Source: Azolla caroliniana (lineage: Eukaryota > Plantae > Polypodiophyta). From it: a stretch of 64,000 nt of DNA. Location of the stretch: positions 18,290,001 to 18,354,000 of the forward strand of contig JBHGNT010000006.1 of NCBI GenBank assembly GCA_043228905.1. The letters are read 5' to 3'. The position numbers and the translations under genes were made by a program. The notes under the pieces were generated by a model that was given only the letters and a program-made list of their open reading frames with translations, made no database searches and was not told the DNA's origin. Shown here piece by piece: positions 22,914-36,098 of the stretch. Numbering within the stretch: the stretch's first letter is position 1; the number at the start of each line of letters is the position of its first letter.

Positions 22914-25900
22914 AACGGGTGCCAAGGAGAAGGAAAATCAACTGGAGGCTAACAACATGATGATGTTCGAGCGGATGCTTCAAGAACAATGTGCAATGTC
23001 GGAGATAGCGACGACAGTAGAGCGACTCGTGCAACGAATCGGGCAATTCAACGGAAAGGACGATGCTATCTTCGGGATTACAAGGCGGAAATGATACAGT
23101 GCGGGATTTTGGAAGGACTGCAAGTGACATCCTTCAACCGGGTGGCTACCAACGGGCTTCAAGGAGGTATCCACGGGCTACGACAACAAAATTCGACGTG
23201 GGAAGCGTTTGAAGAGGCGCTAAAGACCCTGTTCGCTATCGAGGACTCCTCCAAGGCAACGCGGAGAGGATTCGAGCATTGGGTGGAAACGCCGGACAAG
23301 GGGATGAAGGTCCTCGATGTGTTTTCGGCATTCGAAAGTCGGTTCGGGAGGTTGTCCGCAAGAGATCAAGGTATCCTTGCACCAGACAAAGTTATCATTT
23401 TCTTACGAGCCGTAGACGTCCGAGATCGGAAGGATCTTGGAGTGTTGCTAGAGGATACGACTACCGAGAGTGGCCTCACTGAAACATGGGAAAGCGTGCG
23501 GGATATCGTCGCGCGATACACAAAGAGGGGGCAATGGCTTGCGAACGAAGAGAAGAGGATTTCGGAACCGATTCCGAAACCGAGATGCGCATCGGAAGAC
23601 CATCAACCGCGGGCTTGGGAAGCTACGACCGAGAAGGGAATCAACGCAACTACGGTGGAGTAGTTGCTGAAGGAGATGGAGAATCTAAAAATCGCGATGG
23701 TGAAGAAGTCGGATGACCGTCCCTCAAGTTCCAAGTATATGGACCGTCGGTGCATATGGTGTGATAGCACCGAACATGATCGGAGGGATTGCGACGAGCA
23801 CAAGGAAGCACTACGACGGGATCTTATCTACTACGAGGGAAATCAGATTCATTCGATGGATTCTCGGAAGCCACTCCGACCAAACTTCCGAAAAGGCGGC
23901 ATGAAGAAGGTCCTAGAGGAGGAGATCGCAGCGAAAAACAATTATGCGACAACTACGGGAATATGTGTGGGGGAGTCATCAGCAACAAAGGCATCTTTTT
24001 GACCGGAAATGCTAGAAATTTCGAAGAAAGCCGACCATGATGAAATCCGAAGCGCTGGGAAGCTACGGGATGGGAGTGCCCCGTAGACAAGAATAGCGTA
24101 CATGCGCTATGTCAATTGCATGAAGTGTATGTAGACGAGAAACGACGGCGCACGGATGATGCGGCCGGACCATCAAAGACACCGTAGAGCTGGAACTCTG
24201 ACGGAAGAGGGAAAGGAAAAACGATTCCGGCATTCAAGCTCACCTCGGACATCGAACAACAAACGGACTTGAAAAAGGTGTTTGAGGAGAGAATCTTTGA
24301 CAGTCGGGTAGATTTTTTGCTTCGGGAACTACTCGGAATAGCAAAAAAAGAGTTCCATGATCTTCTTGTGGATCTCATGAAAAGAAAAACACAAACTACA
24401 GAGGAGAATGCGCTGATGGTGAATGCAAATACTGTTCAGATGAGCGACACCGAAGTGGAGGTTGAGATTCAGAATTCCCACTATACAAAGCCACACTGGG
24501 CGCGTGCAACTACCGAGACTCCGGTCCGAATCGACAACATCAAAGAGCCCGTGCTAGCATTGATTGATCACGGATCGGAGATCAATTTTATGTCTAAGGA
24601 GTTCTACCGGAAGGGGAAGTGACCTAATAACACCAATCATGGATGGAAGATCCGAGCGGCCACTAAAGCAACAGAAGATCTATTTGCGGCTTGTCCGAAT
24701 GTGACGGTGAAGATCGGGGATGTTGAGATTGACCAAAATTTCTTCATACAAGACGAGGTCTCACACTCCATGATCCTCGGGCAACCCTTTATCACGGCTT
24801 CACGAATGGAGACGAAGGTGCTCGATAGCGGTGCGGCTTTTGCACGAATTCGAAGCCAAAATGGAGGGAAATCCATCCAATTCCTAACGGTGTCGGCAAA
24901 TCATGAAAGGAACAAGAGAGAGCTCTTGTCCCAAACAAGAATGGAGTTTTAGAACGGACTGTTCCGGAGTGGGGAAGTGATAGTCCGAGAAGCCCTGATA
25001 CCCCACACAGGAAGAAAACTCTCGGAGCAAAACAAGTACGAATCAGTCCGGATGGGGCATCTACGTACACGGCCGTAACCGGAGGAATGAAGAAAGAATA
25101 CCGAAAAGTGGAGGATAAGTTACGGTTGGCATCAATAATAAAAGAAGATGAAGAAATCGTGGGAATAGTCGAAGAAGTGTTCTATGGGAGCACGCTACAA
25201 CGGCTTGAAGAGCTCGCGGAAGATACAAGCCAGGGAAACCGGGTAATTCTGGTGGAATCGGTGGAGATGTACGAGATCATTGCGAAAATGGGGTTGGATG
25301 CGCTCCGCAAAGAAGAAGCAATGGTAAGTACGAAATACAAGACCGTGGAGAAGAAAGTGAAACCGGCCGCGGAACCATTACCCGTAGATAGCGAACAAAA
25401 GAGGAAAGAAGTCTCGGGGGATCCGACACTTCGGAAGTCCATGGATATCGGACATGCCTTCACGGATGAGACCCGGAAGAAACTTTGGATCGGTGGAGGT
25501 GGTTTCCTTTTACAAAATGAAGAAGAACGATTCCGTGGGATGTTGGAACAACATGGGAAAGCATTTGCATTCACATCGAAGGAGATAGGGTGCATTGATT
25601 CGAAGATAGTGGAGCCGATGGTGATCTTCACGATTGACCATGTGTCGTGGAACCTGAAGCTGATTCCGGTGCCACAGGCGCATATTCCCAAAATCATCGA
25701 CTTGCTCAAAGAGAAGGTGGCGATGGGGATTCTAGCGCCATCAAACGCTCTGTACTCAAATCGATGGTTTACGGTTCCGAAGAAGAATGGGTCGCTCCGA
25801 TTTATCCAAGACTTGTAACCAGTGAACAAGGTCACGATCCGGAACTCTGGAGTCTGTCCGATAGTGGACGAATTTGCGGAAGCATTTTCCAGTCATGCGA

Positions 25901-28346
25901 TGTACTCCATCGGAGACCTATACTCGGGGTATGACCAATTCCAACTAGCAGTGGAGAGTCGAGACATCACTACCATGCGGACACCGATAGGATTAGTCCG
26001 GATGTGTACGCTACCACAAGGCGCGACGAACTCGGTCGCACATATGATGAATGCAATGAACAAGGTGCTTCGAGACTACATTCCGGAGATAACGATGTCA
26101 TTCCTAGATGACATTCTAATGAAAGGATGCGCGGTAGAAGAAAAAGATGAAACTATGGATGATCGGGGATGCCGAAAGTTTGTAGTCGACCATATTCGTG
26201 ATTGCGAGAAAGTGCTTTGAAAATTAGAATATGTGCACCTAACACTTTCCGGTGAGAAATCAGCATTTGGGCAAGAAGAAATATTGGTAGTCAGACATCT
26301 ATGTGGGCCCTACGACCGAAGACCGTCACCAACCAAGATCGATGCGATTCAAGCTATGAAAGAAGTATGCGAGTCCCAATTCGAAGTCTGATGGTTTCTT
26401 GGAGCATGTGCATTCTATCACATATGGATTCCGCACTATGCACATATTGCGGACCCACTCTATCACTTGTTGCGGAAGGGTAAGAAGTTTGAATGGAAAC
26501 CGGCACATACCAAAGCCGTGAAGAAGTTCAAGAAATCACTATGGAGGCAAAAGCACTAAAGAAGCCGAACTATGACCGACCGATCATAGTAACGGTTGAC
26601 ACAAGTCCAACCGGAATCAGATGGGTCATCAATCAAGCCGACTCGGATGGTTCGCAATATCCTATCCGATTCAGAGCAAAGGTTTTCAACGAAAGGCAAC
26701 GCGGATATGCACAAGTCAAAAGAGATTTATGGGGAGTCGTGTCGGCAATCAAATCGGATCGAGATTATTTGATTGGAGCCGAAGTAGTGATCGAAATGGA
26801 TTGTCTTCCAATACTCGGGATGATGTAGTGTTGCACAATACCGGATGTGGTTATGCTAAGATGGATTGGATATGTTAAGTCACTTAATCCGGAGGTACAA
26901 CACATCTCCAGAAAAGACAACGCGGTAGCGGATATGCTATCAAGGGCGTGGTTCGGAAAGGACATAACTGGATCCGATAATGAAGAAGTTTCTGAAGACT
27001 ACTTTGCTTCGGAGCACATATGTCGGGTGAACGTAATCCGACAATTTCGAGAAGAAGAATACCAGGGAGAAAGCATGTTGATTGGGAAAGTGCTACAAGA
27101 AATCGAGGAATCATCGGACAATAAAGAGAAGAGACCCGAGATCCGAAGTAAGAAGCGGCAAGTCCGAAAGTTCTTCTTGAAAAATGCATTAATATGGAGG
27201 GAGCCGAAAAGACCGGTTGGCATACCACTTCGAGTAGGCGGGACGAAAGAGCAACGAAACCGGATAATGTCTGAATTTCACGAATCCGATTGGGCTGGAC
27301 ATCGAGGAACATGGACAACTTTTGTGAAAATCAAACAAAAATATTGGTGGAAGAACATGTACAAAGATATAGCGGAGTTCACGAAAAGTTGCGAGAAGTG
27401 TCAAATCTACAAACCAAGTAGATCTCACAAACAAAGTAGAAGGTCGGGCGCTACGAAGGAAAACATGTTCTGCAGTATGCCAATTTCTTTTGGAGGAGGT
27501 GGTTTGCAGGTACGGGTGCGTAGGACAAGTGACTACGGATCGGGGAGAACTCGACTCTGATAAAGCTAAGCAATTCGGTTAACACTGACAATGGCATACA
27601 ATCCGGAAGCCAACGGGAAGATCGAACGAGGACATAGTTCGATCGTCAAAGCACTTGCGAAGGCATGCGATGGAAGGGTGAAGGATTGACCGTAGATGCT
27701 TCCGTATGCACTATGGGCGGATCGGACGATGCATAGCTCTGTAATCGGTTACATGCCAGCAGAACTCATGATTGGACAAGCACCGGTAATGCCAACGGAA
27801 ACCGCGATCGCGACATGGACAGTGATACTGTGGAAGGAACAGATGAGCCGGGAAGAACTACTTGCGGTCCAAATACGACAACTAGAGGGAAGACCGGAAG
27901 ACATAGCGGAAGCAATACGCCGACAACAAGAAGCGCGATTCCGGAATAAAAGTCGGTTCGACACAAAGCACCGACTACGACCGCAGAAGATTGAAGAAGG
28001 AGATTGGGTGATTGTCTACGACAGTAGTTTGGATCATCAACATAAAATGATGCGGAAGTTCGCGAAAAGGTGGTTCGGGCCATACGAGGTTCGGAAAGTT
28101 TTCGACAACAGAACTTACCGAATATGTGAGTTAGATGGAACAATGGTACGAGTGCCTATAGCCGGGAAACGGGTGAAGATTTTCAAGAAGCGGACTGATG
28201 AAGAACCCTATGTGATCCTAGACAAGACGGACAAGAAGGAGCAATCAGACGAAGATCGCGGTGATGCGGAAAGCGAAGAAAGTGGATTACAACTCATAAT
28301 CGACTTAAGGGGGGAATCAGAGGAAGCTTCGGATGAAGGTGAGTAG
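22909..28346 (+). pseudogene. Gypsy J gag-PR and RT-RNaseH-INT, disrupted
   Basis: CIWCDSTEHDRRDC, LIDHGSEINF protease, DLYSGYDQF, LPQGATNS, FLDDI, TVDTS, HRGTW..CEKC, WFGPYEV (GPY/F); no chromodomain. Confidence 0.93.
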
Positions 28347-30738
28347 CAAGCATCGGGGACTTCGACACATACCGGAGGATGTGCGGGTTCGGAGAGGACG
28401 AGTGTCGTGGTGTGAATCACACACTACGTGAAATATGTAAAATACTATATCCGATTTAAAGTACGTATAATAAATAAAATAAAATATTAAAAATATTTAT
28501 TACATGCATAGGGCAAGATTTGAACCCTATACCTCCACGTAGACAAACCCCAACCTTACCATTATATTAACTTATCATAAGTGTTTTAAATATAGATTTT
28601 TACGCCTACTTTTATTAAAAGGAAAGTCATGCATTTTTTAGAATGCGTGAATACTTTATTTAAAAGAAAAATGTACACCAATAAAAAATGACTCGTGCAC
28701 ATCTAGCGAGCATGAGCACTATATTTAGGAAATAAAAGCATAGTGTAAAAAGGCAACTCATGCACATTTAGTGTGCATGAACACTTTAGAAAAAGCATGA
28801 AGCTATGCGTAGCCTCTTCCATCCTTACATAAGGAGGAGAGAAAGATGTATGGGGGGTTGTTGCTTATTTTACAAGGGGGATTAATATAATATAATCGTG
28901 GGATTCACGAATTTGCTAACTATTTTTTTCTCTTAATCTGAGTACTCACTAATACACTATACTCTTGGGATTCACGAGTTTTTCATATCTTTCTTCTTTA
29001 CAACATATTTCACATTCTTCATTGCCTTAGAATTTTCTTTTCTCCTAGTCCAAAACCTCAGCAGTTCCCACCCGACTCACGCAACAATCCGGCGCCGAAA
29101 GGCACGACAACGTGAGAGTTATCTCCGTGTATGAGAGCACAACAGTGTGAACACGTTGAAAGGGAAAAGCGACTGAGAGCTAACACAGTAGTGGTTGTGC
29201 GTGTGACATAGCTCGGAAGCTGAGTGTGAGAGGAAAGAAAGAAGAGTGTAACAGAGAAGAAAGAGAGACAAAACAGAGAAGCTTTGGAAACTTCGAAAGA
29301 GATAGATACCTACGAATTAGGGTTTGGTGCACTGGTTGGAATTGTGGTTTCAAATAACAACCTGAGAGTATATCCATACCAAATCAGGTTGTATCATTCT
29401 ATGCTTGTATTTCTTCTTGTCTCATAATGGGAATTTTTGTTCCCCATGGTTTTTCACTGAAATCAGGCTTGTTTTCTGTTTATTGTGTCTTAGTATATTA
29501 GTGGTTTATGTCTGAGTGTAAAATCTGTCAAACTGGTACCAGAGCATAGGTTCTAGATGGAAGGGAATGTGAATGGCTCTTCGGGGATGATTGTCCTAAA
29601 TTCACAAAACTACTCAGACTGGAAGATCAAAATGGAAGATCTTCTAATAGTCAAATATTTGCATGAGCCTATAGAAAAGGAAGACATGCCTAGAGGGGTA
29701 ATAGAATCTGAGTGGAAAACATTAAATAGAAATGCAGTTGCAACCATAAGACAGTGTGTAAACATTAGCGTTGTACAACATGTAGCAAGTGATACAAATG
29801 CCTACGAGTTATGGCAAAAACTCTCAGCCCTTTAGGAAAGGAAAAATGCATTAAATAAAACTTCCCTAATGAGAAAAATAGTGAGACTAAAGTATGTAGA
29901 CGGGGAGAGCATCGTAGAGCACATCAGTAATTTCATGGGATTGGTGAATCAGTTAGCATCAACGAAGTTCCCATTCGATGATGTTATTCAGGCCACACTA
30001 TTACTATGCACTCTACCTGACTGTTGGGAAAACCTAATAGTGATACTCAGTACGTCATGTAAAGAAGAAAAGCTATCTTTACAAGTGGTAAAGAAAAGTA
30101 TTTTAAATGAAGAGACAAGAAGAAAGGATAAAAGTGCCTTTTCTCAATCAGAAGACAATGTGACACAAGAATTTAGTAGAGGAAGAAGGAAACACAAAAG
30201 TCCTGACGGTAGAGATAAGTCTTATGCTAGGTCAAAATCTAGAGGAAGATCTACATGCTTCGATTGTGGGAAGCTCGGTCACTTCCAAAAGAATTGTCGA
30301 CGCCTTAGAAAGGACAAAGGCATGGCTGATGAGGTCGAATCCAGAAAAAATTCCGATCATAAAAACACCTCAGCCATTGCAACTAGTCAGGAAGAGATGT
30401 TATTTATCTGTGAACAAACTAGTCTGAATCTTGCAAATGTTGAGTGCTCATGGGTAGTGGACTCCGGTGCATCATTCCATCTAACTCCCAAAAGAGAATG
30501 TTTCTCATCTTACTCAACTGGTGACTTTGGCTACATAAGGATGGGAAATCACGGTGAATGCAAGATTGTGGGCATAGGAAATGTGTGTTTGCTAACATCT
30601 ATTGGCTGCAGGTTAATGTTGAAGGATGTACGCCATGTTCCGGATGTCAGATTGAATATGATATCGGTTGGACGGCTAGACAACGAAGGCTACAATGGTG
30701 GTTTTCGTAATAGTACATGGACATTCTGTAAAGGGAAC

Positions 30739-33700
30739 TGTTAGAAATTGACGCTTTCAAAACCTTCACCTCTCGGCCACAACCGAGGAAACACGAATCA
30801 ATGCAGCAGTAAATCGAAAACACAGAGAGAGACTCGAATGCACAGGGTTTAGCGTGGAAAACCCTAGACGGGAAAAACCACGGGAGTGCAAGATTCCAAC
30901 TATCACTATACGCAGGGATTGTACAATGGCGAGCTGCAAGGCGACGACCTTGAGCTCGCTGTCCTCGCCACAGGCGGCGGTATTACACAGAGGCGTCGAC
31001 CTCTTCCTTTCTCTCTCTCTCTCACTCTCTCTCTCAGCTGCTCTCACTTCGCTCCCTCTAAGTGGAAAACAGAAAAATGAGCAACAACAACAAAACTGTT
31101 TGCCCTAAGTCATATTTATACACATATGACTTTCGGGCTATTTACAAATATGGCCTCGAGGGCCCTTGGCAAACATATTCACAAATATGTCCCCGCATCC
31201 GGATCTCTCTCCGGGTACATACGTCATCCGGCTCCGTAGCCGGGGTCTTCATCATCCGGATCTGAAACCGGGTCTTCATCATCCGGTTCCGATACCGGGT
31301 ACTCCTCATTCGGGTCTTCATTCCCGATTCCCGGACATCTGACCATCCCATCCGGAGGGACCGTAATCCCAACAAACTCCCCCTTCACTTCGGCATGGGA
31401 TGTCTTTCCAGTCCGACCCTCTTCCGGCACGCTTCCAGCTTGTCGGGTGTGAGCACTTTGGTCAGCATATCTGACCCGTTCTCGTCCGTGTGGATCTTCG
31501 TCAGCACGAACTCCTGGTCTTCTATCCTTTCCCGGATCCAATGATATCTTCGCTGGATGTGCTTCGTCCGGGAGTGATAGGCCGCGTTCTTCACAAGGTG
31601 GATGGCACTCTGACTGTCGCAGTAGAGTCGGTACTCCTCCTGCCGGATACCGAGCTCTCTAATGAAGTCCTTCATCCATATTATTTCCTTGCCGGCTTCA
31701 ACATCCGCCATGTACTCCGCCTCCGTGGTTGACAACGCAACCGTCTTCTGCAGCCTCGACTGCCACGAAACAGCTCCCCCTGCATACGTCATCACATACC
31801 CTGATGTGGACCGGCTGGTATCTGCATCAGCCGACATATCCGAATCGGTAAAGCCGTCGAGTTCGGGCTTACCGGAGCCGAATCGGAGGCACACGTTTGC
31901 CGTGCCCTTCAGGTATCGGAGTATCCACTTGGCCGCGTTCCAGTGCTCTTTGCCGGGATTGCTCATGTACCGGCTCACCACTCCGACTGCATATCCTATG
32001 TCCGGTCTTGTACACACCATTGCGTACATCAAGCTTCCGACGGCAGAGGCATATGGTACTTTCATCATGTCCTCCTTCTCAACCTTTGTCTTGGGGCTTT
32101 GCTTGCTGGACAACTTGCAGTTTGCCGGGAGGGTTGACCCGACCGGTCTTGCTTCCGACATGTTGAACTGGTGAAGCACCTTTGTCACGTACTTCTCCTG
32201 TGACAGCCACAACTGCTTCTTCTTCCGGTCCCGGATGATGTGCATCCCTAGTATTTGCCTCGCCGGACCCAGGTCCTTCATTGAGAAGGTTCGGTGAAGC
32301 GCTTTCTTCAGCATCCGTATCTTGACCTGGTCCCGTCCGACGATAAACATGTCGTCCACGTACAGGAGGAGTATTAGAAAGTCTTCTCCTTCGAACTTCT
32401 TCACAAACACGCAGTGATCGGACTGCGTTTTGTGGTACCCTTCGTCGGTCATGAAAGAGTCGAACTTCCGGTACCATTGCCGGGGAGCCTGCTTCAGTCC
32501 GTAAAGGCTCTTCTTCAACCGGCATACCAGGTGCTCCTTCCCTTTCTTCTCGAATCCTTCCGGTTGCTGCATGTAGATCTCTTCTTCGAGGTCACCGTGA
32601 AGGAATGCCGTCTTCACGTCCATCTGTTCTACCTCGAGGTCCATGCTTGCCGCTATGCTCAGCACCGTCCGGATGGAGGTCATCTTCACTACCGGGGCAA
32701 ATAACTCGTCGAAGTCGACGCCCTTCTTCTACTGGAACCCCTTCACCACGATCCTGGCTTTGTATCTCGGGGGGTTTCCGGCATCTCCCGGTTTCAGCTT
32801 GAACACCCACTTGTTTCGAAGTGCCCGCTTTCCTTTCGGCAACTCCACAAGTTCATATGTGTGGTTCTCATGCAGGGAATCCATCTCCTCCTGCATGGCA
32901 CTTAACCACCTGCGGCTATGGGTGTCAAGCTTTGCTTCTTCAAAACTCTCCGGCTCCCCCTCGTCGGTTAGCAGCACGTGCTCTGGTTCCGGAAATCTCC
33001 GGGGGGGCCTTCTCTCTCTTAGAGGATATCTCCGTTCCGGAGCTTCGGTAACCGGCTCCTCCGTTTCCTCTTCATCCGAATCCATTTTGGGATCGGGGCC
33101 GGTTCCGGTATCAGTTTCATCTTCCTCGGCCGGTTCTGTTTCTTCACCGTCTTCGGCCGGATCCTCGAGTGCTAACCGGTCCCTTGCCGGTCGGGACTGC
33201 TCCTCGTAGAGTTGATCCTCACCGGTCGACTTGGAGCTCTTCATCTTCTTCTCCGACTCCCAGTCGGAGAGTGTCTTGTCCTCCATGAAGATGATATCAC
33301 GACTCCGGAATATCTTCTTGTCGACCGGGTCCCATACTCGGTAGCCGAACTCGTCATCGCCGTAACCGAGGAATATGCATGGCCGGGTCTTTGGATCTAG
33401 CTTTCCTCTCCGGTCCTTTTCCACATGCACATATACGAGACACCCGAACACCTTCAGATGCCGGTAGGATACTTCCCTACCGGTCCACACTCTCTGGGGC
33501 GTGTCTCCGTCCAAAGGTACTGAGGGTGATCTGTTTATCACGTATGTCGCCGTCGACATTGCCTCAGCCCAAAACCCCTTGGGTAATTTCGCATGCGCCA
33601 GCATACTCCGGACCCTCTCCATTATGGTCCGGTTCATCCTCTCGGCCAGCCCGTTCAGTTCCGGCGTCTTCGGCACAGTAAACTCAAGCCGGATTCCCTT

Positions 33701-36098
33701 CGAGCGACAGTACTCCTCGAACTGCCCCCGGTATTCCCCTCCGTTATCCGCTCGTATCGCTTTCAGCTTCTTGCCGGATTCCCTTTCCACTCTTGCGTGG
33801 AGTTCTTTGAAGACGCACAACACTTGGTCCTTTGTCTTCAACGGTGCCGTCCACAGCTTCCGGCTGTGGTCATCAATGAATGTCACGAAGTACTGGGCTC
33901 CGCCATGTGACTTCGTTTCTACTTGACACACGTCAGTGTGCACCAACTCCAATGGTGCGCTACGTCTCGTCGGTGGCCTTGAGTGGAAGGAGGTTCGGTT
34001 CTGCTTACCGGCCAGGCAATCGGTGCACTTCTCCAGGTGCACATGCTTCACTGGAATAAGGTTGTCTTCTGCAAGCCTCTTCATCCCCTTCTCACTCATG
34101 TGGCACAGTCTCTTGTGCCACAGCTCACTGGCAGTGTCGGTTGCCACGTTCAACTCCTCCGGACACAACCAGGCATTCATAAGGTACAGTGTGTTGACTT
34201 TCCGGGCCCTAGCCACCATCAGGCTCCCCTTGCTGAACTTCATTACGCAGTTCCGGATGCTACCTGTGTAGCCTTCATCGTCTAGCCTCCCGGCCGAAAT
34301 CAGGTTCAATCGAACCTCCGGAACGTGTCGGACATCCTTTAGCAACATTTTGCATCCGGTCGAGGTTGTCAACCACACGTCTCCTATGCCGGCAATCCGG
34401 CACGTACCTTCATTTCCCATCCGAACACAGCCATGCTCACCGGCTGTGTAGGATGAGAAGTATCTTCTTTCCGGGGTCAGGTGGAACGACGCTCCGGAAT
34501 CGACCACCCAGGTAGTCTCATCGCCGGCAATGTTTAGTTCACCTTCTTCGGTGATGAGCATGATCTCCTCTTCACTTGCCGCGAGTGCCGTCGTTCCTTT
34601 CCGGTCCTGCCCTCGCCGATCCGAACCATTCCGGTCCGTGGCTCCCCGGTAAGCACCGTTCCGTTCCGAAGACTTCTTCGAATCGGTGTCGTCGGCTCCG
34701 TTGTCTTTTCGGTAATGCCGACAATTCTTTCGGAAGTGCCCCGGCTTCCCACAGTGGAAGCATGTGGGCCTTCCTCTTGACTGCGACCGGGTCCCTGACT
34801 TCTCCCGTCTTTGCGGACTCCGGTTCCGTTGTCTTCCCGGATCCGATTCGGTAAGCAGCATCTTCGGATCGGAGGCCGGTTCTTTATCTCTCCGACGCGC
34901 TTCTTCGTTCAAAATGCTTGTCTTTAGTGTTTGTAGGGACAAGTTATCTTCGGTGCAGGAGGTGCTGAGAGTCACCACCAAGTTCTCCCAGCTTTCCGGC
35001 AATGTACACATCAGCATGATGGCTTGCATTGCATCCTCCAACGGGAACTTGATCGCCGCAAGCTGGTTCACGAATCCCATGAACGTGCTTACGTGTTCCA
35101 CCATACTCTCGCCGTCCCGGTACTTGAGGTTCACTATCTTCCTCATTAGGGAGGTCCGGTTCAACGCATTCTTCCTCTCGTAGAGGCCCGACAGCTTCTG
35201 CCACATCTCATATGCGTTGGTGTCGTTCGCCACATGTTGTAGAACGCTCACGTCGACGTATTGCCGAATGGTTGCAACGGCTTTCCGGTTCAGAAGCCTC
35301 CATTCCGTCTCAAGTACCCTCTTGGGTATTTCCGACCTGTCGATCGGTTCATACAGGTCCCGAACAATGAGCTGATCCTCCAACTTTATCTTCCAGTCGG
35401 CGTAGTTCTGCGCATTCAGCACCATCATCCCCGGTTGCCCGCTGCTGCCGCCTTCCATTTTCTGCACTGCAGTCGCTCTGATACCAGATTGTTAGAAGTT
35501 GACGCTTTCAAAACCTTCACCTCTCGGCCACAACCGAGGAAACACGAATCAATGCAGCAGTAAATCGAAAACACAGAGAGAGACTCGAATGCACAGGGTT
35601 TAGCGTGGAAAACCCTAGACGGGAAAAACCACGGGAGTGCAAGATTCCAACTATCACTATACGCAGGGATTGTACAATGGCGAGCTGCAAGGCGACGACC
35701 TTGAGCTCGCTGTCCTCGCCACAGGCGGCGGTATTACACAGAGGCGTTGACCTCTTCCTTTCTCTCTCTCTCTCACTCTCTCTCTCGGCTGCTCTCACTT
35801 CGCTCCCTCTAAGTGGAAAACAGAAAAATGAGCAACAACAACAAAACTGTTTGCCCTAAGTCATATTTATACACATATGACTTTCGGGCTATTTACAAAT
35901 ATGGCCTCGAGGGCCCTTGGCAAACATATTCACAAATATGTCCCCGCATCCGGATCTCTCTCCGGGTACATACGTCATCCGGCTCCGTAGCCGGGGTCTT
36001 CATCATCCGGATCCGATACCGGGTACTCCTCATTCGGGTCTTCATTCCCGATTCCCGGACATCTGACCATCCCATCCGGAGGGACCGTAATCCCAACA
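30739..36098 (-). mobile_element. Very young full-length copia F with TSD GGAAC; LTRs 35490-36098 and 30739-31374
   Basis: GGAAC at 30734-30738 and 36099-36103; PBS 35475-35486; PPT 31375-31387; LTRs differ by about 3 substitutions and one 27-bp unit. Confidence 0.97.
31385..35467 (-). pseudogene. Copia F gag-pol single ORF with one nonsense codon at 32729-32731
   Basis: 912-aa and 434-aa ORFs are in frame; FQ*KK versus FQQKK in A (CAG>TAG). Confidence 0.95.

Larger units (their letters stand above)
22210..29109 (+). mobile_element. Ty3/gypsy element J (non-chromovirus), LTRs 22210-22891 and 28403-29109
   Basis: TGTCGT...ACGACA LTRs, PPT GGAGAGGACGAG 28391-28402, 4-bp TSD GCGT/ACGT deduced from the uninterrupted G 3' LTR. 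Confidence 0.93.

Noticed and set aside
32729-32731. Programmed stop-codon readthrough in F
   Set aside because: A and E have CAG here, the stop lies inside RT, and the context TAG AAG AAG is not a CARYYA readthrough signal
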